NCBI GenBank assembly: GCA_030390025.1
Contig: CM059431.1
Location: 121,150,001 to 121,214,000, forward strand
Reading direction: 5' to 3'
Length of the DNA: 64,000 nt
Source: Squalus acanthias
Lineage: Eukaryota
Position 1 is the first letter of the stretch. Each line of letters begins with the position of its first letter. This document shows positions 25,055 through 35,453 of the stretch, in pieces. The notes beneath the pieces were generated by a model that was not told where the DNA came from, made no database searches, and worked only from the letters and a program-made list of their open reading frames with translations. The position numbers and the translations under genes are program-made.

Positions 25055-26154
25055 CTTCCATGTCACCACACTTTAGGAAGGATGTAAAGGCCCTTGAGAG
25101 GGTGCAGAGGAGATTTACCAGAATGGTTCCGGGGATGGGGCATCTTAACAGCAGGGACAGGTTGGAGAAGCTGGATTTGTTTTCATTAGAGCAAAGGAGG
25201 TTGCGGGGTGAATTGATAGAGGTGTACAAGATTATGATGGGTTTGGATAGGCTAGACTGGGAAAGGCTGTTCCCACTAGTTGATGGTGCAAGGACTAGGG
25301 GACACAGATTAAGGTTTTGGGCAAGAGATACAGGGGAGATATGAGGAAAAACTGTTTAATGCAGAGAGTGGTGAGGACCTGGAACTTGCTGCCGATGGAA
25401 GTGGTGGAAGCGGAGACACACAGGGCGAAAAATTGAGTCGCGCCCCCTTTGGGGCGCTAACTTCGCACCCCCGTGACCAAAATTGGGTGGTAGCGCCCCA
25501 AGAGGGATGTGGGGCGCTACTGGAAGCACCCCGCCTCCCTCTTGGGGCACTGCGAGGGAATATCGCGGTGCCGGGCTCCTGGAGCTAAGCCGGCACTCCG
25601 CGGGGGGGGGGGGGGGGGGGGCAGGTAAGGAGGCCGGGGACGGCAGCGGAGGCAGGTGCTGGCAGGCAGCCAGCAACAAAAATGGCCGCCCGGCACCTCA
25701 CCTTTAAATAGCGCCGCCCTGGCTGCAGGTAGGCCCACCTGACCCCGTTGGACATAACATCCAGTGGTAAATCAGGGGGCGCTACCAAAGATAGCGGGGC
25801 GCTGCGCACGGTGATGATGTCATTGCCAGCGATGCAGCACCGCGGGGCGCTAACGGTTAGCGCCGCCGCTAACCTCCTGCTGAATTTCGCGGGAGGAATT
25901 GGCAGCGCCGCGCCCGGGCGCGAGTTGCTTTGCACCCCGTTAGCGTCCTCTTAGAGCGCTAACGGGAGGCGCAAAGCAACTGAATTTTTCCCCCTCAATG
26001 TTTTCAAGGGGAGACTGGATAGTCACTTGAATGAAATAAACTTGCAGGGCTATGGGGATAGAATGGGGGTCTGGGACTGACTGGATTGCTCCACAGAGAG
26101 CCAGCACGGACTCGATGGGCCAAATGGCCTCGTTCTCTGCCGTTATGACTCTAT
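25055..26154 (+). mobile_element. CR1 3' fragment hosting three Harbinger-family insertions
   Basis: SPHFRKDVKALERVQRRFTRM at 25060-25344; the 3' UTR resumes at 25995. Its (TATGACTC)n tail is split into pieces at 26144-26154, 26931-26941 and 31136-31143. Confidence 0.9.
25423..25994 (+). mobile_element. Harbinger-family MITE (572 bp)
   Basis: TIRs GGGCGAAAAATT / AATTTTTCCCCC with flanks ACA/TCA (imperfect TSD). The right end is homologous to 30820-31135. Confidence 0.85.
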
Positions 26155-26930
26155 GGGGGAAAAATTCAGTTGGTTTGTGCCTCCCGTTAGCGCCTTAACA
26201 GGGCGCTAATGGGGCGCAAAGCAACTAGCGCCCAGGTGCGGCGCCGCCCACATCTCCCGCAAAATTCAGCGGGAGGTTAGCGGCAGCGCTAACCGGTAGC
26301 GCCATGTGGCGCTGCGCCGCCGGCGATGACATCATCGCCATGCGCAGCCCCATGCTCGCGCTCCGGCCGCGATCTTCGGTAGCGCCCCTTGACTTACCGC
26401 CGGACGCTATGTCCGACGGCGTCAGGGGGGCCTACCATAGGCCGGGGCAGTGCTCATTAAAGGGGAGGTGGCGGGCGGCCGGCCATTTTTGTTGCTGGCC
26501 ACCTGCCAGCACCTGACACCGTTGCTGACCCCGGCCCCCGTGAAGCCCTCCCCGCAAAGTGCCGGCTGCGCTCCAAGAGCCCGGCACTTCTCTTGACTGC
26601 CGGGCTCTTTTGCCGGCAATCCCGATCCCCGGGGGCCCAGCTGGGCCCCGGTTCGTGCTGCGCAACGCCCCTCCCCTTTACAAAGGGGAGGAAGGCCTGC
26701 AATACCATGGCGCGACATGTTGCAACACCTGGCACTGCAGCACGTAGCACCACTATATTGACTCTCAGCGCCCCAAGAGGGATGCGGGGGGCCTCCAGTA
26801 GCGCCCCGCTTCCCTCTTGGGGCGCAACCACTCAATTTCCGGCGCAGGGGTGCTAATTTTTATTGCGGGCCAAAAGTAGCGCCCCGGCGAAGTTAGCGCC
26901 TCAAAGGGGGCGGGACTCAATTTTTCCCCC
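26155..26930 (-). mobile_element. Harbinger-family MITE (776 bp), inverted relative to 25423-25994
   Basis: Perfect TIRs GGGGGAAAAATT / AATTTTTCCCCC with TSD TAT (26152-26154 and 26931-26933). Confidence 0.9.
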
Positions 26931-27299
26931 TATGACTCTAAGGGGTAGAAATTAGGTCGCGCCCCATTTGGGGCGCAAATATCGTCTGGACGCAAATATT
27001 AGCGCCTGGCGCTAATTATCGGCACTGACAGGAAACTTCACTTTTACCGCCCCGGGAGGTGAGTGGAGCGCTAAAGCAGGCGCTGCACACCTGTCTTAAG
27101 GCGCAAAGGCCAAGGAGTGAGGCGCTAACTCAGCGCGCGAGTGCAGCGCAGCTGCTGCCAGTTAGCAAGGGAACACAGACACACTGGCGCCGGACACTTC
27201 TTAAAGCGGGGGGGGCCACTTGCTCCCCAGCCACACCCTGCTCATTGCAGCCTTGAATCTCAGCCTGGAGAGACCTGTGAATCCATTTTGCTGCCAAGC

Positions 27300-29176
27300 A
27301 TGGAGAGGGTGAGAGAACGCGCTCATCGCTTCACCGAGCGGTCCTTGGATGCTCTGGTTGGCGCAGTGGAGCGCAGACGATGTATGCTGTTCCCTGAGAG
27401 TGGCAGGAGGCCTTTGCCACGCGAGTTCAGAAGAGTGTGGAGGGAGGTGGCTCAGAGCGTCTCCTCCAGGAGCATGGTGCCCAGGACCCATACTCAATGC
27501 CGCAAAAAGTTCAACGACCTCACTCGGGTCGTCAGGGTGAGTGGCTTTTTCTCAATACTTCTCCATCCCTCCATCTCAACCTCACTCTATGGCCAGAGGG
27601 TCTTAAAACCCCAATGCACAACACTCATCCAACACCTATGGCCCTTTCATCAAACACACACACACATTCCACACTTTGCATACAGTAAGGACTATTCACC
27701 TATGGGAGGCACATCAGGCAAGACCATGGCTGCATATTGTAAGGGCTATTCACCTATGGGAGGCACATCAGGCAAGACCATGGCTGCATATTGTAAGGGC
27801 TATTCACCTATGGGAGGCACATCAGGCAAGACCATGGCTGCATATTTACTCAGATGCTGTCCTTTTTCTTGCAGGCTAAGCTGGCTCATAATAGGAGACA
27901 GCAGCAACGGACAGGTGGAGGGCAGCTTCAGCTGCAACCCCTCAGCGATCTGGAGGAGCGCGTCCACAGGATTGTGGCAAGCCGGGTGATCGGTCCCGTC
28001 GCCACTGGAGACGCCGACCCCGTTGTGGACAGCAATGGTAAGGTCATCACCTTTTTGTCCTCTGTCCTTCCACTTGTCCCTCACAACACCAGCCTTTGAC
28101 ACTTTCAATCCAACTTGCTAACTCGCTGCACTTATTCCTCCCTTACTGCCACCCTGTCCTCACACTAAAGCCACTCTTGTACCTCCCTGCTTTCAGATGG
28201 TGATTCACCAGCTGAGGAGACGGGCCCTGAAGCTGCCACTGGGAGTGATGCTGCAGCTGAGGAGGAAGAGGAAGCCAGAGCATCAGTGCCACCCTCTCCT
28301 GAGGAAGCCCATGCCCACACTGGGAACACGCCTTCCCCGGAGGGGAGCATGGGGGAAGGGGCTGATGATGGTGAAGCTCCAGGACCCAGCGGGCTGCAGC
28401 AACGCCATGGGGGGGGTAGGGAAGAACGGGGGCCTTCTCCCCAGAGGGAGAGTATGCCAGACACTCCTACTGCAATGGACGCAGAGGAGGAGCGGCTGAT
28501 TGCAGAAATGAACACCCAGGCGGTGTGCATGCACACTGAGCTCATGGGTGCAGTGGGAAGGGTGCCCGATTGCATTGAGTCACTGGCAAGGAGTGTGGAG
28601 CACTTCGCTGTAGCACAGGCGGATGCCACACTAACGCTTAGTGCTGCAATTCAGTCACTGGCTGCCGTGATCCCACCTCTGACTGCTCTCATACAGACTC
28701 AGATGGAGGCCACGCGAGCACAGACTGCTGCCAACCTCGATGGTTCATGCACATGTCCCCGGGGCTGTCACCGCACCGCAGCAGGCCAGCAATCTGTTCT
28801 CCGGCAGATTGCTCCGGATGCTGAAGTGCTGCCCCGTGGGAGTGCCAGTGTGTCGGGCGAGCAGGGAGTTGCTGTCCTCTCTCACGATGACAGCATTCCT
28901 GCTGCCAACACTGTCACTTCTCCACTGCACTTGGCTCCGCCTGTAGGACAGACTGCTGCCGCCCATGCAGAGTTGGTGCAGTCTGCAGCCGGGCCCTCCA
29001 GGCCCAGAAGTGGTCGAGGCCGTCCTTCAGGGGCATCTGCACTGTCAGGGTCTGACGAGCAGCAGCCTTCCACCAGCCTTGCTGCAGCCACTGAGGTCCC
29101 ATTACGGAGGAGCAGTAGGGTTAGAAGGGGGGAAGTGCGCAAGGGAAGGAGATCACCCTCGAAGGGCAAAAAGTAG
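27300..29176 (+). CDS. Harbinger Myb/SANT (trihelix/MADF-like) DNA-binding partner protein; exons 27300-27536, 27875-28037, 28197-29176; 459 aa
   Basis: Exon 1 reads MERVRERAHRFTERSLDALV..WREVAQSVS..RTHTQCRKKFNDL; exon 2 reads AKLAHNRRQQQRTGGG. GT-AG introns (gtgagt..ttgcag, gtaagg..tttcag) are phase 0 and phase 1. 237+163+980 = 1380 nt, open to TAG, with a basic NLS-like C-terminus. Confidence 0.85.
27678..27846. repeat. 54-bp minisatellite, 3 copies, in intron 1 of the Myb-like gene
   Basis: Unit GCATATTGTAAGGGCTATTCACCTATGGGAGGCACATCAGGCAAGACCATGGCT; copies 2 and 3 are identical. Confidence 0.95.
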
Positions 29177-29470
29177 GAGGTGTGACAAAATGCTGGTCAT
29201 TTTTTTATTAAAGGCCGAGGTTCATGGTCCAACTTTTGTTTAGTGTTTTGGACATTATCTCCAGGTTGTGAGAACCAGTTATGTTATTGACTGTTTTTTT
29301 GTGTTTATTTCTATGAGTTTGTCATGAGGAATTGACACACACAGAGTTTGTAAAATAAATAAGTTTCTGTATTCAAAATATAAATGGCTGGTGGTTGGAA
29401 TTATTGGTGCCTTGGCCGGCTTAGGGGTTGCGTGCTGGGTTGATTAGTGTTTGTAGCAATGGCAGGGGCC

Positions 29471-30622
29471 CTAGAAGCGGCTTGCTATTAGTCGTTGACG
29501 GACGGCCCTTGCAGTTTGACCATTGTGGGCCGCCCTCCCGCCTTGGTGCTGCTGATGATCATCGTCCTCATCCTCTTCCTCCTCCTCCTCTGGTGGTGCT
29601 ACAAGGCCTGGTGGCATTGGCTGGGTCCTGAGGATTGCCATGTTGTGCAACATGCAGCACACGACTACGAAGTTCGAAACTTGCTCAGGCGAGTACTGCA
29701 GGGCTCCTCCGGAATGGTCCAGACAGCGGAACCGTTGTTTCAGCATGCCGATTGTGCGCTCAATAATGTTCCTGGTTGCTTGATGGCTTTCATTGTACCG
29801 CAGCTCAGCAGGGGTGTTTGGCGTACGGAGCGGTGTCATCAGCCAGGTGCTCAATGCGTACCCCTTGTCCCCCAGAAGCTAACCAACTGGCTGATGCGGT
29901 GCCTCGAAAACTTCTGCCACAGTAGTCTGGCGCAGGATGAAAGCATCGTGGCAGCTGCCCGGATAGTGGGCATTGACAGCGAGTATCACCTGTCTGTGGT
30001 CACAGACCAACTGCACATTCAAGGAATGGAACCCCTTTCTGTTCCTGAATTCCTCTGCATTCTCTCGCGGAGCACGCAAAGCCACATGCGTGCAGTCAAT
30101 GGCGCCCTGCACCATGGGGAAGCCCGCTACCCTCGCAAAGCCCAGAGCACGGTCACGCTGCTTGTCTGGGGTCATAGGGAAAGAGATGAAGTCTCGTCTC
30201 CTTCTGAAGAGGGCATTGGTGACCTGCCGGATGCAGCGATGCAGCGCAAACTGGGAGATATTGGCGAGGTCCCCAACATCAGCTTGGAATGAGCCAGTGG
30301 CGTAGAAGTTCAAAGCCACTGTGACCTTCACTGCCACCGACAGAGACGTCCTGGACCTCAGCTGAGGCTGCAGATCTGGCTGCAGCAGGTGGCAGAGCTC
30401 AGTGACCACCTCCTTGCTGAATCGCAGCCTTCGCAAACACAGCTCCTCGGACATATGGATGTAGGAGAGCTGTTCACGATATACCCTGGGAGGGTAAGCT
30501 CTCCTGTACATGCGCCTGATGGCCCTCCTCCGTCTGGCGATCATTGCCACTCTCTGTCTGCGTCTCTGTATCCTCCAATTCAGCTGGAGCAGGACGACGC
30601 CCCCAATCAGTGCAGCCCCCAT
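29471..30622 (-). pseudogene. Harbinger (HARBI1-like) DDE transposase, 383 codons with a single in-frame stop at codon 248
   Basis: ORFs 29879-30691 and 29471-29854 are in the same frame; the junction reads HQPVG*LLGDKGY (TAG at 29879-29881). Catalytic motifs GAIDCTHV, GDKGY and RNIIERTIG are all present. Confidence 0.95.
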
Positions 30623-30725
30623 ATTCTCTTTGCCAGAAAAGTAATGAGGTACAGCAACTAAAGTAGCAACAAAGTTAGGATGAATAGGCAAAACTACCTC
30701 ACAAAGCGTTGAGTCAATGTAGAAG

Positions 30726-30765
30726 TCTCTCTCTCTCTCTCTCTCCGAATCTCTCTCTCTCTCTC
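30726..30765. repeat. Interrupted (CT)n microsatellite upstream of the transposase start
   Basis: Visible directly in the sequence. Confidence 0.85.
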
Positions 30766-33093
30766 AGAACGAGTGGTGCATAAATGTCGACCACAGAAAA
30801 AGACAGGAAGAGGCCCTCTTTAAATAGCGCCCCCCCCAGCCCCACACCGATTGATAGCGTTCCAGTCTTCCGGTCGTTGGAAGCGCCAGGCGGTAAGGCA
30901 GGGGGCGCCACTCAATTTCCGCTGCGGGGCGCCCCAAGGGCGTTGCACCATGGAATGATGTCATAATCTGCGCGCGCAGGTGGTCGCAACGGTAAGTTTT
31001 AGCGCCGCCGCACAATCTCAAGTTAAGTTCTCGAGCGGCGCAAACATCGCTGCGCCCGGGCGTTAGCGGCTTAATGCCCCATCTGCGCCCTCTTAAGGCG
31101 CTAACGGGAGGCGCAACCAACTGAATTTTTATCCCTAAGACTCTGTCCTATTACGGACTATCTCTGCAAGCCTGCTTGACTGGTTTCACAAACAAATTGA
31201 CCCAGCTATTAACTTCCAAGATCGCCAAAACACAGTTTGGAAATCTCTATGGGGGAATTTTTCAGGGGGTCAGCGGGTGCATTTGTTGGCGGGTCAAATG
31301 GGAAAATGTTTTTGTATGACAGCGGATCGGGATCCCGCTGTCAACCCGCCGCCATGTGTCTTTCCAAAATGTCGGGTCTGCCAGCGCTGAACAGACCCGA
31401 CACGCAGCGGCGGGGGATGCAATTGAGCCCTTATTACAATAGCAAAATACTGCGGACGCTGGAATCCAAAACACAAACAGAAAATGCTGGAAACACTCAG
31501 CAGGCCAGGCAGCATCCGTGGAGAGAGAAACAGAGTTAACATTTCAGGTCTGTGACCCATCATCAGAACTGGAAAAAGTTAGAGAATAACAGATTTTAAC
31601 CAGGTGCAGGGGCCGGGAAAGGGGAGGAGGGGAGGAAAGAACAAAAGGGATGGTCTGTGATCGGGTGGAAGGCAGGAGTGGTTAAAAGTTGCAAATGGGG
31701 ATGGCAGAATCATCAACAGCTGCCATGTGAAAAAATTGGGGCAGAGGTTATGGTCTGAAATTGTTGAACTTGATTTTGAGTCCAGAAAGCTGTAAAGTGC
31801 CTAATCGAAAGATGAGGTGGTGTTCCTTGAGCTTATGTTGAGCTTCGGTGGAACAGTGTAAGAGGCCGAGATAGGAAAAGTCACAGTGGGAGTGGAGTGG
31901 GGAATTAAAGTGACAGGTGACCAGAAGCTCGGGGTCACCCTTATGGACTGAACAGAGGTGTTTCACAAAACGGTCACCCAATCTGTATTTGGTCTCCCCA
32001 GTGTAGAGGAGACTGCATCGTGAGCAGCGAATACAGCATGCTAAATTGCAAGAAGTACAAGTAAATCACTTTCACCTGGAAGGAGTGTTTACGGCCCTGG
32101 ACAGTGGGAAGGGAAGAGGTAAAAGGGCAGGTGTTGCATCTCCTGCGCTTGCACGGGAAGGTGTTGGGGGTGATAGAGGAGTGGACCAGGGTTTTGCGGA
32201 CGGAGCGGTCCCTTCAGAATGCTGAAAGAGGGGGGAGGGGAAGATGTGTTTGGTGGTGGGATCACGCTGGAGGTGGTGGAAATGGCGGAGGATGATCCGT
32301 TGAATGTGGAGTTTGGTGGGGTGAAAGGTGAGGGCAAGGGGAACCCTATCATGGTTCTGGGAGGGAGGGGAAGGGGTGAGGGCAGAAGTGCGGGAAATGG
32401 AACGGACACGGTCGAGGGCCGTGTCAACCACGGTAGAGGGGAATCCTCGGTTGAGGAAAAAGGAAGACATATCGGAAGCACTAGTATGGAAGGTGGCATC
32501 GTTAGAACAGATGTGGTGGAGACGGAGAATCTGGGGGAATGGAATAGAGTCCTTACAGGAAGCGGGGTGGGAGGAAGTGTAGTCCAGATAGCTGTGGGAG
32601 TCAGTGGGCTTATACTGGCTGTTCGTCGATAGACGATCCCCAGAAATGGAGACAGAGAAGTTGAGGAAGGGAAGGGAAGAGTCAGAGATGGACCATGTGA
32701 AGGTGAGGGAAGAGTGGAAATTGGATGCAAAGTGAATGAAATTTTCTAGTTCAGGGCGAGAGCAGGAAACGGCACCAATACAATGAACCAGAAAAAAAGG
32801 AGCGGGAGGGAACCTGAGTAGGACTGGAACAAAGAATGTTTCACATATCCCACGAAAGGGCAGGCATGGCTAGGGCCCATAGCAACACCTTTAATTTGGA
32901 GGAAGTGAGTGGAGTCAAAGGAGAATTTGTTCAATGTGAGAACAAGTTCAGCCAGGCGGAGGAGGGTGGTGGTGGATGGGGACCGGTTGGGCCTCTGTTC
33001 AAGGAAGAAGTGGATTGCCCTCAGGTCGTCCTGGTGGGGGATGGAGGTGTAGAGGGATTGGACCTCCATAGTGAAAAGGAGATGGTTGGGGCC

Positions 33094-34786
33094 TGTAGGC
33101 TTCGCAAAATTCCCCAGAAACTCGAACAGAACCCTAAAGGGGGTGATTTTTGGATTTTTATACAAATTTGGAATGATGGGCCCTAAATGAAGGAATTTGA
33201 GGTCAAAACCTCAGTTTCGGACATTTTTAAGGATCAGGGAAGAAAAACCCTGAGGAAAATGACTTTGGAAAAAAACAAGAACCTTTAAAAGGTCCATTGG
33301 GAAAACCTGCAGTCACAGAAACTACACAGGCTGCGGGGAAAGGGTGTGGTGAGGCAATGGTCAGCTTTTGGGTAGCCAAGCTGTCTGGGGGATGTTTGCA
33401 CTGCAATCCAACCAAGAAGGAAGAGTCTCACCCAAAACCTCACAAACACATCCAAAAAAATGAATAAACCAAGAACCCTTTTGAAATCCCCAGGCCCAAA
33501 CAGGATGCTGGAAGCCTGAAAACAATAAAACGACTTGCACACAGTTTTCCTAGCCCATCACCCCATCAAAAACCAATTAGCCACATATCTACAGGAACAG
33601 CTTACAAGCCCGCCAAAAACTAAGACAAAAGGGGCGAGATTTGGCACGTAGATAAAGCCCTGAAAGACATCGGAAGCCATCAGGACAAGTTAACACAACG
33701 TTAAAGTCATCAGACTTAATGACCCCGCCAAAACCTAGACAATAGAATATACAGGCCTCAACTGAAACCGATTTTAGAAAAGCGGTTTTGGTGCGAAAAA
33801 CACAATAGGCCCGAACGGTATAATTGAGGGCCTATTCCCCCAGCAAGACACAGCAAGTGACTGCCAGCTACAGAGGGTCAGGAGCCATACGACACGTACA
33901 GGAGGAGAGAAAAGCAGCTAGGCCATGAGGCAGGGACAGACCAGACCAGGCAAGGGCTAGAAAAGGTCACTGGAGGCTGGGAGCGAGTCGGCGTCGCTCA
34001 ACCCATGGTCCAGCTCCAAGAGGTATCGCCCCGACAGGCCTCCAACGCAACAAGACAATCACCAGAGCCGCCAAGGGCTCCACGAGGTGAACCATCACTC
34101 AAAAGTACCGCGGGAACCAAGGCCCGCGCAATGACCAACCACCAGGCAACCACGACCAAAACCAGCCAACCAGGGGAAACCCGAAGAAACGCCAACCCTA
34201 CAACTACTCCTGGCTTACCCCTGGGTAAGACTTGCATGCAAAGACTCTAAACCTGCAGCTAGAAACAAAGAAATCGGGTACTCACCTGATACATCCACAA
34301 CCGTGCCATACCGCATCAGCGGACTCCACCAGACTGAGGAGCCTTCGCAGATTCCACAGACCAGTACCACATGGGGACGGCAGGCCCCAAAGGACATAAA
34401 GAGAGTACCCCAAAAACGCAATCGACTTACCTGGCTGGATTTCGAACTGTCAAAACCCCTGTTTGGTGAGCATTATCCCTGATCTCCTGAAACAAAAACT
34501 TAGCTAGACAGTGGGATTTTGGGAGGGATAAGGGTTTTTTTGTATATTGTAATTCTCCCTCGACTGTACCGTGTGTTCCCCAACCTGTGTTTAAGCATAA
34601 AGTGTGTTTTGAGTTTGCTACCTTTTCTTTAATAAAAGTCAATACTCTTTCATCCAAACCTGTTGTCTACTGCATCTTTGTTCACAACCCCAAATAAGTC
34701 CAAGGTCTAGAACCAGGTGCGTGGGAGCGATTCGAACCGCTCACTGAGTCAGAAGTGAAGCTGACCCTACCACACCACCCCCTACA
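33094..34786 (+). mobile_element. Solo LTR (1693 bp), probably Gypsy-type, inserted in the Penelope RT
   Basis: Perfect termini TGTAGG...CCTACA with flanks GGCC/GGCG. The Penelope frame (FNSFQF|GPNHLLFTM) rejoins across it. AATAAA at 34631. Confidence 0.85.
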
Positions 34787-35416
34787 GGCGAGAAAACTGG
34801 AAACTGTTAAAGTGACGGAGGGTGTCGGAAGAGTGGCGGATGTAGGTGGGAAGAGACTGGACAAGGGGAGAAAAATTAGAGTCGAGAAAGGAATAAATCA
34901 GTTCCGTGGGGCAAGAACAGGCTGAAACGATGAATCTACCAGTGCAGCCCTGTTTGTGGATCTTGGGAAGGAGGTAGGAGCGGGCTGTACAGGTTTGGGG
35001 GACTATGAGGTTGACATCCAACTCTCTGACAACTCCTTCTACCTCCCCCTGGACCATGACCCCACTAGCAAACATCAAACCATTATTTCCAAGACCGTCA
35101 CTGACCTCATCTCCTCTGGAGATCTTCCTTCCACGCTGTCAACCTCAGTCCCCCAACCCCGCACAGCCCGCTTCTACCTCCTTCCACAAACAGGGCTGCC
35201 CTGGTAGACCCATCATTTCAGCAATTTCAGACTATAACCTCTGCCCCTATTTTTTCACATGGCAGCTGTTGATGATTCTGCCATCCCCATTTGCAACATT
35301 TTACCACTCCTGCATTCCACCCTATCACAGACCGTCCCTTTTGTTCTTTCCTCCCCTCCCCCTCCTTACCCTGCCTCTGTACCTACTTAAAATCTGTTAC
35401 ATCTCTAACTTTTTCC

Positions 35417-35453
35417 AGTTCTGATGGAGGGTCACAGACCTGAAACGTTAACT
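35417..35453 (+). ncRNA. Minimal hammerhead-ribozyme-like motif in a Penelope pseudo-LTR (other copies at 31534-31570 minus and 50170-50206 minus)
   Basis: Consensus of three copies: AGTT-CTGATGA-A-GGGTC-ACA-GACCT-GAAAC-GTT-AACT. Penelope elements are known to carry minimal hammerheads. Confidence 0.6.

Larger units (their letters stand above)
26942..31135. mobile_element. Full-length two-gene PIF/Harbinger DNA transposon (4194 bp)
   Basis: TSD TAA (26939-26941 and 31136-31138). TIRs GGGGTAGAAATT / AATTTTTATCCC match at 10 of 12 positions. Convergent Myb/SANT-like and DDE transposase genes. Confidence 0.95.

Noticed and set aside
25356..26856. Dense overlapping GC-rich ORFs or a CpG-island host promoter
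   Set aside because: Fully explained by two Harbinger MITEs; stop-poor because of GC content.
27678..27846. Regular repeat array as a possible CRISPR
   Set aside because: Head-to-tail tandem units with no unique spacers, no cas genes, and a eukaryotic intron context.
27141..27989. 282-aa unspliced ORF as the real Myb protein
   Set aside because: Begins at a non-ATG upstream codon and reads through intron 1. The spliced model restores the conserved K.AHN.R...RTGGG motif.
29495..30292. 265-aa plus-strand ORF
   Set aside because: Antisense shadow of the GC-rich transposase with no recognisable motifs.
29471..30622. Domesticated host gene HARBI1 (and NAIF1 for the partner)
   Set aside because: Bounded by TIRs and a TSD, intronless, carries a nonsense codon, and has related decayed copies nearby: a transposon, not the single-copy host gene.
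33998..34421. ORFs inside the solo LTR as gag or env
   Set aside because: Short and low-complexity, with no retroviral motifs, and they lie between the LTR's own termini.
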